Part shown: piece after piece, positions 1 to 13,200 of the stretch
How positions within the stretch are numbered: the first letter of the stretch is position 1
Layout: the number at the start of each line of letters is the position of its first letter
DNA from: Malacoraja senta
Taxonomy: Eukaryota
Assembly (NCBI GenBank): GCA_038087875.1
Contig: CM075997.1
Coordinates: 6,512,001 to 6,576,000, forward strand
Length of the DNA: 64,000 bases
Reading direction: 5' to 3'
Program-made: the position numbers and the translations under genes
The notes under the pieces: model-generated
Seen by the model: the letters and a program-made list of their open reading frames with translations, nothing else
Told to the model about the DNA's origin: nothing
Database searches by the model: none

Positions 1-3000
1 GCCTAATTTTGATAACCCTATGTTTTTTAATAAAACATTTAATATAATTCCTGAATTTACACAATATAAATTAATAATTGGAGGAGACTTCAATTGCACA
101 TTAGATTCATACTTAGATAGATCATCAAGGCAAAAAAAAGTAAAATCTCAATCAAGTGTATTTTTAAATTCATTTATTAATACCACTAATACTAAGGATG
201 TCTGGAGAATTGAAAATCCAACTGGACGGGAATATTCATTTTACTCACCAGTACATAAAACATACTCAAGAATAGATTATTTTTTCGTTGACTCCACGTT
301 TATCCCATTTACTTACAACTCAAAACACCATAATATTATAATCTCAGATCACGCACCTGTAACATTCATGATTAAATTAAATGGAATGTCCGAGAAACAA
401 ACATATTGGAGATTTAACCCACAAATTTTGAACGAAAGATCATGCCAGGAATATCTTACTAAACAGATTCAAATATTTTTTGAGGTAAATGACAACCCTG
501 ACACACCTACTTCTCTTATGTGGGAAACGTTTAAAGCGTTTGTTCGAGGTGCATTAATTTCTGCTCAAGTATTTTATAATAAAGAGAACAGGATTAAACA
601 ACAAACATTGGAAAGGGAAATCAAGCAACTAAATATAGAAAATGCGAGAATGCCATCTATTTTAAAACATAATAAAATTGCTGTATTGAAATATAAATTA
701 AACAAAATGTATTCAGAACAAGTAATAAAACTTTATCAAAAAACCAAACAATTACATTTTGAGTTTGGAGACAAACCTCAAAAACTATTAGCACGTCAGT
801 TACGAAAAATGGAAGGGGAAAAAATAATTAATAAAATTAGAACAGAGATAGGAGAATTATAAAAAATGCCCAAGGATATAAACGAAAGATTTCTCCAATA
901 CTATCATAATCTTTATTCAAATAAACTGTAGTACAACCAGAAGGAATAGCAGATTTTTTACTAAAATGTAATTTAAAAGGTTTAGATTCAAACGATAGAG
1001 AATTATTAGAAAGGGAGATTACGATAAAGGATATTGAGGAGTCTATTGGCTCTTCAAAAAATGGTAAAGCAGTAGGACCAGATGGTTTAGGCTCTGAATT
1101 CTATAAAAAAAATTATGACTTGCTCTCCCCACGTTTACAAAGGCTGTATGAGCATATCTATACTCAACAGAAACTTCCAGATACTTTAAATGAATCTATA
1201 ATAACACTTATTTCTAAAGTTGATAAAGATCCGGAAGATCCGGGATCATATAGAGCAATTGCACTTTTAAATACAGATCAGAAAATATTAACTAAAATAC
1301 TAGCGCATAGATTAAGTACAGTGATGAATAAATTAATACACCCTGACCAAACAGGCTTTATTCAGAAACGGTACTCATATTATAATATAAGAAGATTATT
1401 TAATATTATTTATTCTAAGAGAATTATTAATGAAGATCTAGCAATAATCTCACTTGACGCTGAAAAAGCATTTGATCAGGTTGAATGGTCTTATTTATTT
1501 TCGGTGATGGAAAATATGCAGCTAGGGGAGAAATTCTGCACATGGATAAAACTGTTATATACAAATCCTACGGCTAGAATATTAACAAACCAAAGGTTGT
1601 CATCTAAATTCAGCCTATCTAGAGGTTGTAGACAAGGATGCCCGTTATCTCCATTATTATTTGCGCTTGCTATTGAGCCACTCGCAGAAAGAGTTAGGGG
1701 TCATCCGGAAATACATGGGTATAACACAAAGGACACAGTGAATAAAATTTCTCTATACGCAGATGATGTACTAATTTACATTACAAAACCAGAAATTAGT
1801 ATTCCAAACTTATTAAAGCTAATAACCCAATTTGGTTCACTCTCAGGATACAGAATAAATTGGAATAAAAGTGAAATTATGCCAATAAGGGAGCACAACA
1901 AACAGATAATACAACAATTTCCATTTAAAATAGTAAACGAAAAATTTAAATACCTAGGCATTTACGTAACTAAGATATATACATCATTATTCAAAGCAAA
2001 TTTTCCCCCATTACTGAACAAACTACATAAGAATATTCAATATTGGAAAACACTTCCTATCTCAATGGTTGGCAAAATTAATGCCATAAAAATGTTTTTT
2101 TTACCGCAAATATTATACCCTTTTCAGACAATTCCGATATATTTGTCAAAAAACTTTTTTTTTAAATTGGATTCCATTGTTAATGATTTTATCTGGGATT
2201 ATAAGAATCATAGGATAAACAAAAGACATTTGTGTAAATCAAAAATAAATGGAGGCTTGGTTTTACCAAACTTTCTGTTTTATTTTTGGGCAGTTAATAT
2301 TAAAAATATGAATATCTGGTTGGAAGAAATAGATCAACAACCAGATTGGTTAAAAATGGAAAAGGAAGATTGTTTACCTTTTGATATCGGCTCGATATTA
2401 TTTGCTACGTCTAAATTAAACAAAAAAATTTAAAGTGAAAACCCTATAATATTTAGTGCTATACGAATTTGGAAACAATTAAAAAAGACATTAAAATTAG
2501 ATAATTTATCACTTTTTCTTCCAATTGTGAATAACCCTTTGTTTAAGCCCTCATGGTTGGACAGGGGTTTTACACAATGGAAGAATTATGGAATTAAAAA
2601 TATGGGACAACTTTACAAGGAAGGCACTTTTCTGACATTTCAGGAGTTGCAACAGACTTATGGACTTCGAGGAAATGATTTTTTCAGATATCTTCAACTC
2701 AGAGATTATGTAAAATCGAATACTCAAAATTTTCGAATTAGAAATTCAGAAATTCTTGACGAATGTTGGAATAAACATCCTAATACAGAAAAATTAATAT
2801 CTTATATATATATATTTTATTAGACAGTGACATTCCATCGACGGACTTACACAGACAAACATGGGAAAAAGAATTAAATCAAATAATAACGAAAGATACT
2901 TGGGAAGAAAGTTTACAACACATACATCAATGTTCATTAAATGCCAGACATTCTTTAATACAATTTAAAGTAATACATAGGTTACATTATTCAAAAACAA

Positions 3001-3816
3001 AATTACATAAAATCTTTCAACATATCTCACCTATATGTGATAAATGTCAACATTTAGAAGCTAACTTATCTCATATGTTTGCAAACTGTATAAAAATAAA
3101 AAAATTCTGGGTAAATATTTTCAGTATAATATCTAAAGTGACCAGCACACAATTGGACCCGGATCCAAAATTAATAATACTCGGAACATTATAATTAAAT
3201 CAAACATTTACAACAACACAAAGAAACTTTATTGATTATAGTATAATAACGGGAAAAAAATTAATTCTAAAATTTTGGAAAGGCCCTATAACCCCCACAA
3301 TCAAAATGTGGATTATAGAAATGACGGAGACCTTAAACGTGGAAAGAATCAGATTTTCCCTGTTGGACAAACAGGAATTATTCGTTGGAACATGGTCTCC
3401 CTTTATTGATTATTTAAAGGGTCAGAATGGTTCAGCACAGGAACCTGACTAACACTCGGGCTAAAGAATGGATGAAATGCTATACTCTGAAATGTACGAT
3501 TATATCTCGAATGAAGTTTTTTATTTTAATAAATTTTTCCATTCTTCTTTAACTATCTTTTTCTTTTCTGTTTTTTTTTTTTTTTTTTTCCTTTTTCTTT
3601 CTCTCTCTTTTCTGCTCTCTCTTTTCTTTCTTTACTTCATCTATCTTTTTAGTTCCATCTAGTTTAAAAAAAACAAAAAAAGGCAAAAGGTATTGGAGAC
3701 AATGTCATAATAATTGACAATATTATCAATTCAAAAATGTAAGACTGGTAATGATGTTAATAGGTTGTGTACTTATCTCCAATAAAAAATATTAAAAAAA
3801 AAAAAAAAAAAAAAAA
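1..3816 (+). mobile_element. L1-clade LINE (subfamily 1): disrupted ORF2 (APE endonuclease + RT), 3' UTR and poly(A); 5' end outside window
   Basis: ORF 20-862 has GGDFN, YSRIDYF and SDH endonuclease motifs. ORF 1120-2433 has LDAEKAFD, GCRQGCPLSP and YADD. AATAAA at 3781 is followed by an A-tail to 3816. Stops and frameshifts lie between the ORF pieces. Confidence 0.95.
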
Positions 3817-4589
3817 TCCTGGATGTTCGGGACGCGTTCAAATGCCTGTAATCACCGCAAGGTCTCCAGCCCCTGGACGATTTGGCAGGGCACAGGTCCG
3901 ACACAGGGACCATGCGTCCACCTCGCACATCGACTAACAGGGAGAACGCGCGCAAGAAATCGGCCCCCAGGATCGGTTGGGCGACATCAGCAACGGTAAA
4001 CTTCCACCTGTACGGGCGGGAGTCGAAATTTAAGTCCAGGGTCCGCGTACCGTAAATGCGAATGTCACTCCCGTTAACAGCCGAGAGGACGGGTCCTACC
4101 TTACCGACGCGAGTATCGTGGGCGCTCGGAGGCAGGATGCTGGCAAAGGCACTGGAGTCCACCAGGAAACGGTGGTAGGAATGGCGATCACGGACGTAGA
4201 GGCGTTCGTTTGGGCCGATCGCGTTCGCCTGAATGGACGATCGGCCGAGGCATTTCCCTGGTACGAGCAGGGGCACCGGCATCTTCGGGCATGCCGGCCG
4301 ATTCTGTGGGAACGTTGTCTTCCTGCATGATCCACTTGTCTAACGATGGCTAGATAGGTCGGGGTCACCAATTTGGCGGTCGCAAGAACGACAACTGAAT
4401 TTTTAAACAAATTTTTATTCGGAAATTCACTCTTCAGTATGCAGGCTCTCTTGACACGTCTGGTGGTCAGTGCTGAACTGCCGCGCAAAAACGAAACCGC
4501 GCAAAAACAAGCAGCCCCTCCTGAGTCATGTGACCGCGGCTTCCGAACGCCGGGTTCGATATCTGCGTGCGCCAGCAGGCGCCGCTACA
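3817..4589 (-). mobile_element. Internally deleted Gypsy LTR retrotransposon: 5' LTR (~4374-4589), tRNA-Trp PBS, gag tail, protease, start of RT; cut by the L1
   Basis: The minus-strand LTR starts TGTAGCGGC and ends CA, followed by TGGTGACCCCGAC (4358-4370). Peptides: HRIGRHARRCRCPC, FLVDSSA..ILP, PILGADFL, WRPCGDYRHLN, PNIQD. Confidence 0.85.
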
Positions 4590-4639
4590 GTATATATATT
4601 AGTCTGAAGAAAGTTTATTTTGGCGAAAAAAATCCAGAT

Positions 4640-4915
4640 CCTTTGTATCAAGCTGTGTACAGAGCATGTGGACATCAAATATCAATACCTGCTGAAGTTC
4701 TAACTGCCCCCAGTTTTATGAACGATGGGCCTGGCAGCGATCAGCAGGACATTACTGGATGACCTGTCTTTGTGGAGAAGTTCCATCCAGACCAACACCT
4801 TTGACCATGTCCATTGGGCAGTGATCAGCATGGAACATCTTGCAGGCACTGCACAACAATAACTCGATGGATCCTGTGGCCAGGTCCCTTGAGCAGACTG
4901 CCCAGTTTTTCTGGC
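4640..4915 (+). mobile_element. Degenerate Tx1/L1-like LINE C-terminal fragment; continues at ~7300-7705, paralog in unit B
   Basis: Interrupted translation resembles the Tx1 ORF2 tail (YLLKF, MGLA, FVEKF, NTFDH). ORF 7261-7446 has a degenerate zinc-binding segment (VDHLFAECGF). Confidence 0.55.
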
Positions 4916-4917
4916 TT

Positions 4918-5205
4918 AGCTGTGGTTCAGCTGTCGAGTTGCTGTCTTACAGCACCAAAGACCCAGGTTTGATCCTGACTATGGGAGCTATCTGTACGTA
5001 CATTCTCCCCATGACCTGCATAGGTTTTGTCCGGATTCTCCGGTTTCCTCCCGTACTCCAAGATGTGCATGTTAAATAGCTTTGGTAATATTGTACATTG
5101 TCTATAGTGTATGTCGAATAGTGGTCGTGTGCAGGGATCACTGGTCATCGCGGAGTCAGTGGACCAAAGGGCCTATTTCCGTGCTGTATCACTGAAACTA
5201 AAACT
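4918..5205 (+). mobile_element. tRNA-derived V-SINE (HE1-like); paralog at ~17915-18200
   Basis: A/B-box-like head (tggttcagctgtcgagtt ... ggtttgatcc), V-domain ctccggtttcctcccgtactccaa, HER1-like tail gggcctatttccgtgctgtat and (aaact)n. Confidence 0.75.
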
Positions 5206-5261
5206 CTGACAACATCAGGACCGCACTTGGCTGGTGGTTTTAGTTTAGTCAACTTTAATAT

Positions 5262-7228
5262 ACAAATTCACAAACGAGCATTCCAAACTTATTAAATTTA
5301 ATAGAGGAATTCGGTTCTTTTTCTGGATATAAAATAAATTGGAATAAAAGTGAAATCATGACGTTAAAACCTCAAGAATCTACAAACCTATTAAAATTCC
5401 CCTTTAAAATTGCAACAGAAAAATTAAAGTATTTGGGTATTCAAATTACTAGAAAATACAAAGCATTATTTAATGCTAATTTTAAACCTTTATTAAATAA
5501 ACTCAACGCGTTGATTAAATTCTGGAAAATACTTCCGTTATCATTAATATGCAGAATAAACGCTATAGAAATGATCTTTTTACCACAAATATTATACCTA
5601 TTTCAATCTATACCATTATATATACCAAAAAACTTTTTCAAAAAACTAGACTCTAATATTACCAATTCTATTTGGGACTATAGATCACACAGAATTCAAA
5701 GAAAACACTTGTGCAAACCAAAAGACGTTGGGGGACTTTCACTTCCGAACTTTTTGTATTATTATTGGGCAGTGCATATTAAGAATATAATTTATTGGTT
5801 GGACAGTTCTACCCAACTGACAGAATGGATAAGAATGGAGAAAGAGGATTGTTCTCCTTGTAACATAGGAGCGATCCTCTTCTCCCCGATAAAACTGAAC
5901 AACACAATATATAAGAATAACCCAATTATACATGATACAATAAGAATTTGGAAACAAATAAAATTATCTTTAAAATTAAGAAACCTATCATTGTTCATGC
6001 CAATAGTAAATAATCCTTAATTTAAACCATCTCTTATTGATAAACATTTAATCAATGGGAAAGAATGGGAATTAAAAGGATCGGTGATATGTATGAAATG
6101 GGAAATCTGTTATCATTCCAACAATTACAATTAAAATTTAAACTGAAAAATAATCAATATTTTAAATATGTTCAGATCTGCGACTTCATGAAGAAATACA
6201 TACAAAGATATCAAAACATAACTTTAGACCCACTGGAAAAAGCAATGAATATTAAGGCTGACTCACAGAAATTAATATCTTATTTATATAATAGTATTTT
6301 AAATATAGAACTACCATCGACAGAGGCAGAGAAGAGTGGGAACGAGAATTAATGATAAAAATCACGAAGGAAACATGGGAACAGTATTTGATATATATAT
6401 ACACAAATGTTCGATTAATGTAAGACATAATTTAATTCAATTTAACATTTTACATAGATTATATTATTCCAAAACTAGATTGAATAAATTCTATCCAAAT
6501 ACTTCCCCCATTTGTGATAAATGTCTATCCCAAAATGCAACTATAACACACTCTTTTGTTTCCTGCATAAAACTTTATAAATTCTGGAGTGATATTTTTG
6601 AAATATTTACAAAATTATTCAAGATAAAAATGGCACCTAATACTGAAATGATTATATTTGGAGTAATGGAAGACGGGAACAAATTGAACTCATCTCAAAA
6701 TGTATTTTTAAATTATGGGTTAATAACGGCAAAAAAACGTATACTTAAATTTTGAAAAATACACCCATACCAACGCTTAAAATGTGGATTTCAAACATGT
6801 TGGACACCGCACATCTTGAGGAAATGCGATTCCTCCTAATAGATAAATCAGACCAATTCTTAACGAGTTGGTCTCCATTTGTCGATTTTTTGGAAGCATA
6901 TGGTGCAACAAAATCGTAGAAGCTAACTGTTTCAGGACTGGGTGAGGGATGGTCAAGAATATAGATAACGATCTCCTAAATCTCTTACTTTCTACTCTTT
7001 CTCTTTCTATCTTCTTTTCTTCATTTTTCTTCTTTCACCCTTTTTTCCTTTTCACACACTATATATCACACGTTTTTCTATCTTTTATTATCTATTCTCT
7101 CTTTTTCTTTTTCATTATTTAAAAAAAAACAAGAAGCTGTACATAAAATGTAACATGTCAATATATATTAGGCATCTTGGTGCCATATTCATGTACTTAC
7201 TTCTAATTAAATAAAATTAAAAAAAAAA
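5262..7228 (+). mobile_element. 5'-truncated L1-clade LINE (subfamily 2) with 11-bp TSD
   Basis: ORF2 pieces at 5358-6755 and an A-tail at 7219-7230. TSD AACTTTAATAT at 5251-5261 and 7229-7239. The empty site is in the paralog at 18247-18257. Confidence 0.95.
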
Positions 7229-8452
7229 AACTTTAATATTGTCATGTTTACCAAGGTACTGTGAAAAGCTTTTTTGTTGTGTACGATCCGATCAGTGGAA
7301 TGTCTATAGAGGGGCCATCCCAGTCAGATACCTTCCTGTACCATCGGAATCTTAATATTAATGCACGTCGCCCTCAGGATGGATACTATGGAGAGGCGAT
7401 GGTTGACCACCTCTTCGCAGAGTGTGGATTTGTGAAGAGGGTCTGAAGAATGATGCTACGGTCCTTGTCATGTTCATTGCAAATAGCTCCGAAACAAAAG
7501 ACTCTCTCATATGCGTGCAAGGGACACTTTCAGAAATGGACATCAAGTAGTGGACATTGAGGGACTGAATATTGTGAAGGTACCCCTTGAGCAAGAGATG
7601 GGATATCAGCCCGGAGATGGGATATATATGAGTGTGAAGGATATTTTGTGCAAAGACATGTTAACAACCACAGAGCATGATACTAGCGATATTTAATGAT
7701 AAAGTTTCTTCTTCAGATACGTTCCTACTTTGAACACCTCTTTCTGCCGAATGATGGTGTGGGAGATGGGGGGGGGGGCAGTGTTGATTTGTGGATGAGA
7801 AAGATGTTTTGCTTCCACTGGGAAATATGTTGTCGCAAAAGTTGTTGAAACAAAGACGAATAGCAGAGACTATTTTGAACATGGGGCATTGGTCAGCATG
7901 GACGAGTTGGGCCAAAGGGCCTGTTTTCATGCTATGACACCCAGACCTCTGTGTAATGGGCCCAGCATGCTCATGTTGCCTCATTTTGCTGCAGGGTAAC
8001 AAAGACTCAAGTGGGTTATGTGGTGAGTTGTTCAGGGTCAGTGAGCAAGTAGGAAGGTGAATGATGTAAAATGAAGATACATGGAACTGCAGATGCTGCA
8101 ATCTTGAGCAAAACACAAAGAGCTGGAAGAACTCAAAGGGTCAGGCAGCATCTCTGAAGAGAAGGAATAATGAATATCCAGTTGCTCATGTGAGATGCAG
8201 GGATAAATTTGCAACTCCTCGAGAATTCGGAACTCGTTGCCGGTGTCGACTCACAACATCAATCTGATCCCGGGTGAAGATTCACCAGGTGTTGTGTTAT
8301 ATCCGTCGGCTGGAGGATGGGGGCATCAAGTGGGCGGAACTGGAACTGCAGCAGAGTGAGAAATGATCCGTCAGCAAGCAATGCGACAAAAGTTGATCAA
8401 CTCGTACAGCACTGGAGACTATTCAGTACCTGAACTCCTCTGATGTTATGTA

Positions 8453-8524
8453 GTGATGCTGGTATAGTGGTGAGCATAGCTGCCTTCCAAGCAGTTGACC
8501 CGGGTTCGATTCCCGGCGATCGCA
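8453..8524 (+). tRNA. tRNA-Gly(TCC) variant, possibly a pseudogene (acceptor-stem mismatches G6:G67 and C7:C66)
   Basis: Body TGGTATAGTGGTGAGCATAGCTGCCTTCCAAGCAGTTGACCCGGGTTCGATTCCCGG matches vertebrate tRNA-Gly-TCC. Anticodon TCC at 8486-8488; TTTT about 10 nt downstream. Confidence 0.9.
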
Positions 8525-8797
8525 GTTTGAACAATTTTAATTCACGAGCACCAGATTAACTTACGGAACTCGAGGGCCCCACGCTGACAAATTCTCATGT
8601 AACTTTGTGGACGGTTCGCACGAGTGTAAGCAAAATCCACGGCTATTTGCATAATTACTATTCACTATGAATCGGCAATACAATTTTTGTCCCTCACATT
8701 TTCCCAAGTGAATTGATGAAAGGAAGAGTGCTGCTTCCTACTCGCATTCTATTCCAGATTCCCAGAGCAAAGCGAGACACATCCGAATGTTTCCACC

Positions 8798-9532
8798 GGG
8801 TGGCGCTTCGGTGGCAGCCTCGCCTACAGTCTGTCTGTATTTTCGTCTTTTTTTTTGTTATTTGTGGTGTGGTTAAAAAGTATATGTTAATGTTCTCTGG
8901 TTTATTTTATGCGGGGGGTGGACTGGGTAAACTTTTTTTCAATCTCTTACCTTGCCGGAGATGCGATTGTTTTCCAGATCATATCTCCGGTCGCTCTGCG
9001 GCCTAACATCGTGGACTTGGAGGCCTTGTTCGGGACTGCCTTTGAGCCCCACCACGGGGACGTGGAATTACCATCGGAGCCTATACCTTGCTTGGGATCG
9101 TCGGTCCAACCACGGCCGGTGGAGTTTAACATCAAGGAGCTCGCAGTCTCGTGTTGAGAACGACGTCGGGAGCTCCAAAAGCCCCACAACGTTCGACTAG
9201 CCTCGACCCGGGGTAGATCGCCTGGCTGGCTGGGGAGCTGAGATTCCCCCCCGATGCAGGAGCTTGATCACCCCGACGAGAAAGGCCTACCGCCGGCTAC
9301 GGGAGTAAGATCGTCATGTCAACGGAAGGTTAGAGGCGCCCGACCGCTGGAGGACAAAGAAGGGAGAGATTGAACTTTTTTTCACCTTCCATCACAGTGA
9401 GGAATGCGGAGGAGTCACTGTGGTGGATGTTCATGTTAAAATGTATTTTGTGTGTTCTGTTGCTTTTTATTTTGTGTGTTTTGTTGCTTTTGATTGGTAT
9501 GACTGTATGGCAAAATAAATTCCTTGTATGTT
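8798..9532 (+). mobile_element. Non-coding GC-rich retroelement (non-autonomous; Rex1/Babar-associated by inference); its tail resumes at 13403-13445
   Basis: Related copies at ~19811-20567, 35840-36524 (TSD ATCTC, (ATCTCTA)n tail) and ~55909-56490 (minus) share ttccatcacagtgagg...cactgtggtggatgtt. Confidence 0.6.
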
Positions 9533-10216
9533 AGACAATATAATACACAATTGGTGCAGGAGTAGGCCATTCGGCCCTTTGAGCCAGCACCACCATTCAA
9601 TGAGATCATGGATGATCATCCCCAATTTGTACCCCATTCCTGCCTTATCCCTATATCCCCTGACTCCGCTATCTTTAAGAGTTCTATCTAACTCTCTCTT
9701 GAAAGTATCCAGAGAACCGGCCTCCACCGCCCTCTGAGGCAGAGAATTCCACAGACTCACAACTCTCTGTGTGAAAAAGTGTTTCCTTATCTCCGTTCTA
9801 AATGGCTTATCCCTTATTCTTAAACTGTGGCCCCTGGTTCTGGACTGCCCCAACGTCTGGAACATGTTTCCTGCCTCTAGCGTGCGCAAACCCTTAATAA
9901 TCTTATATGTTTCAATAAGATAACCTCTCATCCTTCTAAATTCCAGAGCATACAAGCCCAGCTGCTCCATTCTCTCAGCATATGACAGTCCCGCTATCCC
10001 GGGATTTATGCTTCTAAACCTACGCTGCACTCCCTCAATAGCAAGAATGTCCTTCCTCAAATTAGTGGACCAAAACTGCACACAATACTCCAGGTGTGGT
10101 CTAATTAGGACCCTGTACAACTGCAGATGGACCTCCTTGCTACGCTACTCAACTCCTCTTGTTATAAAGGCCAACATGCCATTCGCTTTGTTCACTGCCT
10201 GCTGTACCTGCATGCT
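9533..10216 (-). mobile_element. CR1/HER1-type LINE 3' part; its upstream remainder is at 13335-13402; split by the L2 insertion
   Basis: ORF 9467-10120 has RPHLEYCVQFWS, RTRGHSL and FFTQRVVSLWNSLP. Candidate TSD ATGTT at 9528-9532 and 13403-13407. Absent from unit B. Confidence 0.9.
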
Positions 10217-13200
10217 GTACCTGTAGCCATCTGCTCTCTATCACGTTCTGCCCCCCCTCAACCGTGTCACCTCCCATCCCAGCTGACCATATGCACTGTC
10301 AACTGGGACAACCTCAGATCTCTCCAGCCTGCCCCCATCCCTCCACCCTCTCACAATGCCAACTTTGCCCTCCTCAACACCCAGTCGCTTAACAACAAAG
10401 CCCTTGCCCTCCATGAACTAATCCTTGACAACACTCTTGACTTCCTTCTGCTCACTGAAACCTGGCAACAACCCAATGTCTTCTTCTCCCTCAACCAAGC
10501 ATCCCCATCTGGGTTTAATTATATTTCCAAACCCCGCCCCTCCCGCCATGGAGGCGGCCTCGCTGTTATTTTCAACCAGAACTTTCCTATCGCTGAACTC
10601 CCTCCCCCTCCCCCCAGTAGCATCATTTGAATTCCTTGCCTTCAAAGCCCTTTCCTCCATGACAGTCATCCTCATTTACCGACCACCTAAACCAAACCCC
10701 TCCTTCCTATCTGATTTCACTGAATTCCTCACACTTGTCTCATCTCTCACCACACGTCTGCTGCTACTTGGTGACTTAAACATTCATATGGACCCCCACC
10801 TGCAAGCTCGCATCTGAATTCGCTTTTTTACTTGACAACTTCTCTCTCACTCAGCACGTCACCTTTCCCACTCATGACAAAGGTCACATCCTTGACCTGG
10901 TCTGCTCCACAAATCAACCGGTACTCGACCTCCATCCATGCCTCTTCCCCCTCTCGGATCATAAGCTCATACGGTTCACCATCCCTTCTCCGACACCTCG
11001 CCCCCGCTTCCTCCGAGAAATCACCTTCCGTAATCTAAAATCTATCGATCCTCACCATCTCTCTGACCTGCTCTCCACCACTCTCCCCCTGGACTCAACC
11101 CACATCTCACCTGATGATCTCACAAACCATCTCAATTCCACCTTGTCTACCTCCCTTAACACTCTGGCTCCCTCCAAAACAAGAACCGTAACTTTCAATA
11201 AATCTTCACCCTGGTACACACCTGCACTTCGTAAGCTGAAACAGATTGGTCGCCGACTTGAACGACTCATAAAGAAATCACCTCTCACAGTCCACCATGA
11301 AGCTTACAAACTCCACCTCACTGCCTACAAAGATGCCCTCATTGCTGCTAAATCTGCATACCTCTCCTCCATATTCACTGACCCCTGCCTATACCACAGA
11401 ACCCTCTTCTCCACAGTCTGCAACCTCCTCAAGCCTCGAGCCATCACTCTCCCTACCTCCACTCCGGATCTCTGCAACTCATTCCTCCACTTTTTTGCTG
11501 ATAAAATTAGCACCATCTATCAATCCCTATCCCCTGTACCCGACTCCCCAGCATCTACTCCACCACCTACCAAGGCCCCTCCTTTCAACATCTCCGCTGA
11601 TCTCCATACCCCTCCCCCTCACTGTTTCCTCTCCCAGTTTGACCCGGTCACCCCTACTGAAATCTCCAAACTCATCAGCTCTTCCAAACCCACTACCTGC
11701 TCCCTTGACCCTCTCCCCACTCCCCTGCTGAAGTCCTGCCTCCCTGCTCTCTGCCCCTACCTCACTAATCTTTTCAACTCCTCATTGTCCCAAGGAATTG
11801 TCCCCTCTGCTTTCAAAACTGCTGCTGTCACACCAATCTTAAAGAAACCTGGTCTTGATCCCTCCTCTCTCATTAACTACCGCCCCATCTCAAACCTCCC
11901 CTTTCTTTCAAAAACCCTGGAGTGCATCGTCGCGTCACAACTTCATTCCCACCTCCTCGCGTATAACCTATTCGAACCCCTCCAATCTGGCTTTCGTCCC
12001 CTCCATAGCACAGAAACTGCTCTCCTCAAAGTCCTCAATGACCTCCTTACCTCTGCTGACTCTGGCTCCCTCAATATCCTCATCCTCCTCGACCTGAGTG
12101 CAGCCTTCTATACCGTCAACCACAACATCCTGCTCACCAGACTTAGGGACCTTGGCATTGAAGGTTCTGCACTCAGCTGGTTCCGTTCTTACCTTTCCAA
12201 CCGATCCCACTTCATCTCTCTCCATAACCACACCTCTGCCACAGCCACTGTCACTCAAGGCGTTCCCCAAGGCTCCGTTCTTGGTCCCCTCCTCTTCATC
12301 ATCTACATCCTCCCCCTTGGTCATATACTCCGTCACTTCAAACTGGACTTCCACTGCTATGCTGATGACACCCAGATCTATCTCAGCACCAAGTCCCCCC
12401 ACCACCCCCCTCTCTCCCATATCAACTCCTGCCTATCAGCCATCAAATCTTGGTTGCAACTCAACTTCCTTAAATTAAACAGTAGCAAAACAGAATTTCT
12501 CCTCATTGGCTCCAAATCAACACTCACTAAAATTAACAACCCCACTCTCACTATCGACGGCACCACTGTCTCCCCATCTCCTCAGGCACGCAACCTTGGC
12601 GTGATCCTTGACTCAACCCTCTCCCTTGAGCCTCACATCCGCCATGTTGTCAAAACATCATTTTTTCACCTCTGCAACATTGCAAAAATCAGATCGTCTC
12701 TCACACCCCCCGCTGCTGAAAGACTCATCCATGCCTTCATCTCCTCCCGACTGGACTACTGTAACTCTCTTCTTTTCGGAATCAATTCCAGCAGCATCAA
12801 ACGACTCCAACTGGTCCAAAATGCAGCCGCTCGACTCATTACCCACACCAAATCCTGGCACCACATCACCCCAGTTCTCAAAGAACTTCACTGGCTTCCC
12901 ATTTCCCACCGGATCACCTACAAAATCCTGGTCCTCACCTACAAAGCCCTCAACAACCTGGCCCCCCCTTATCTCATTGACCTCCTCTCCCCCTACCAAC
13001 CCTCACGGTCCCTCAGATCCACATCAGCTGGTCTCCTCTCCACTCCGAAATCAAACCTCTGCACTTTTGGAGGCAGAGCCTTCTCCAGGGCAGCTCCCAG
13101 GCTCTGGAATTCCCTCCCACAACCGGTCCGAAATTCTGAGTCCCTCACCATCTTCCAGTCCCGCCTCAAGACCCATCTCTTCACCTCTGCATACCCTTAG

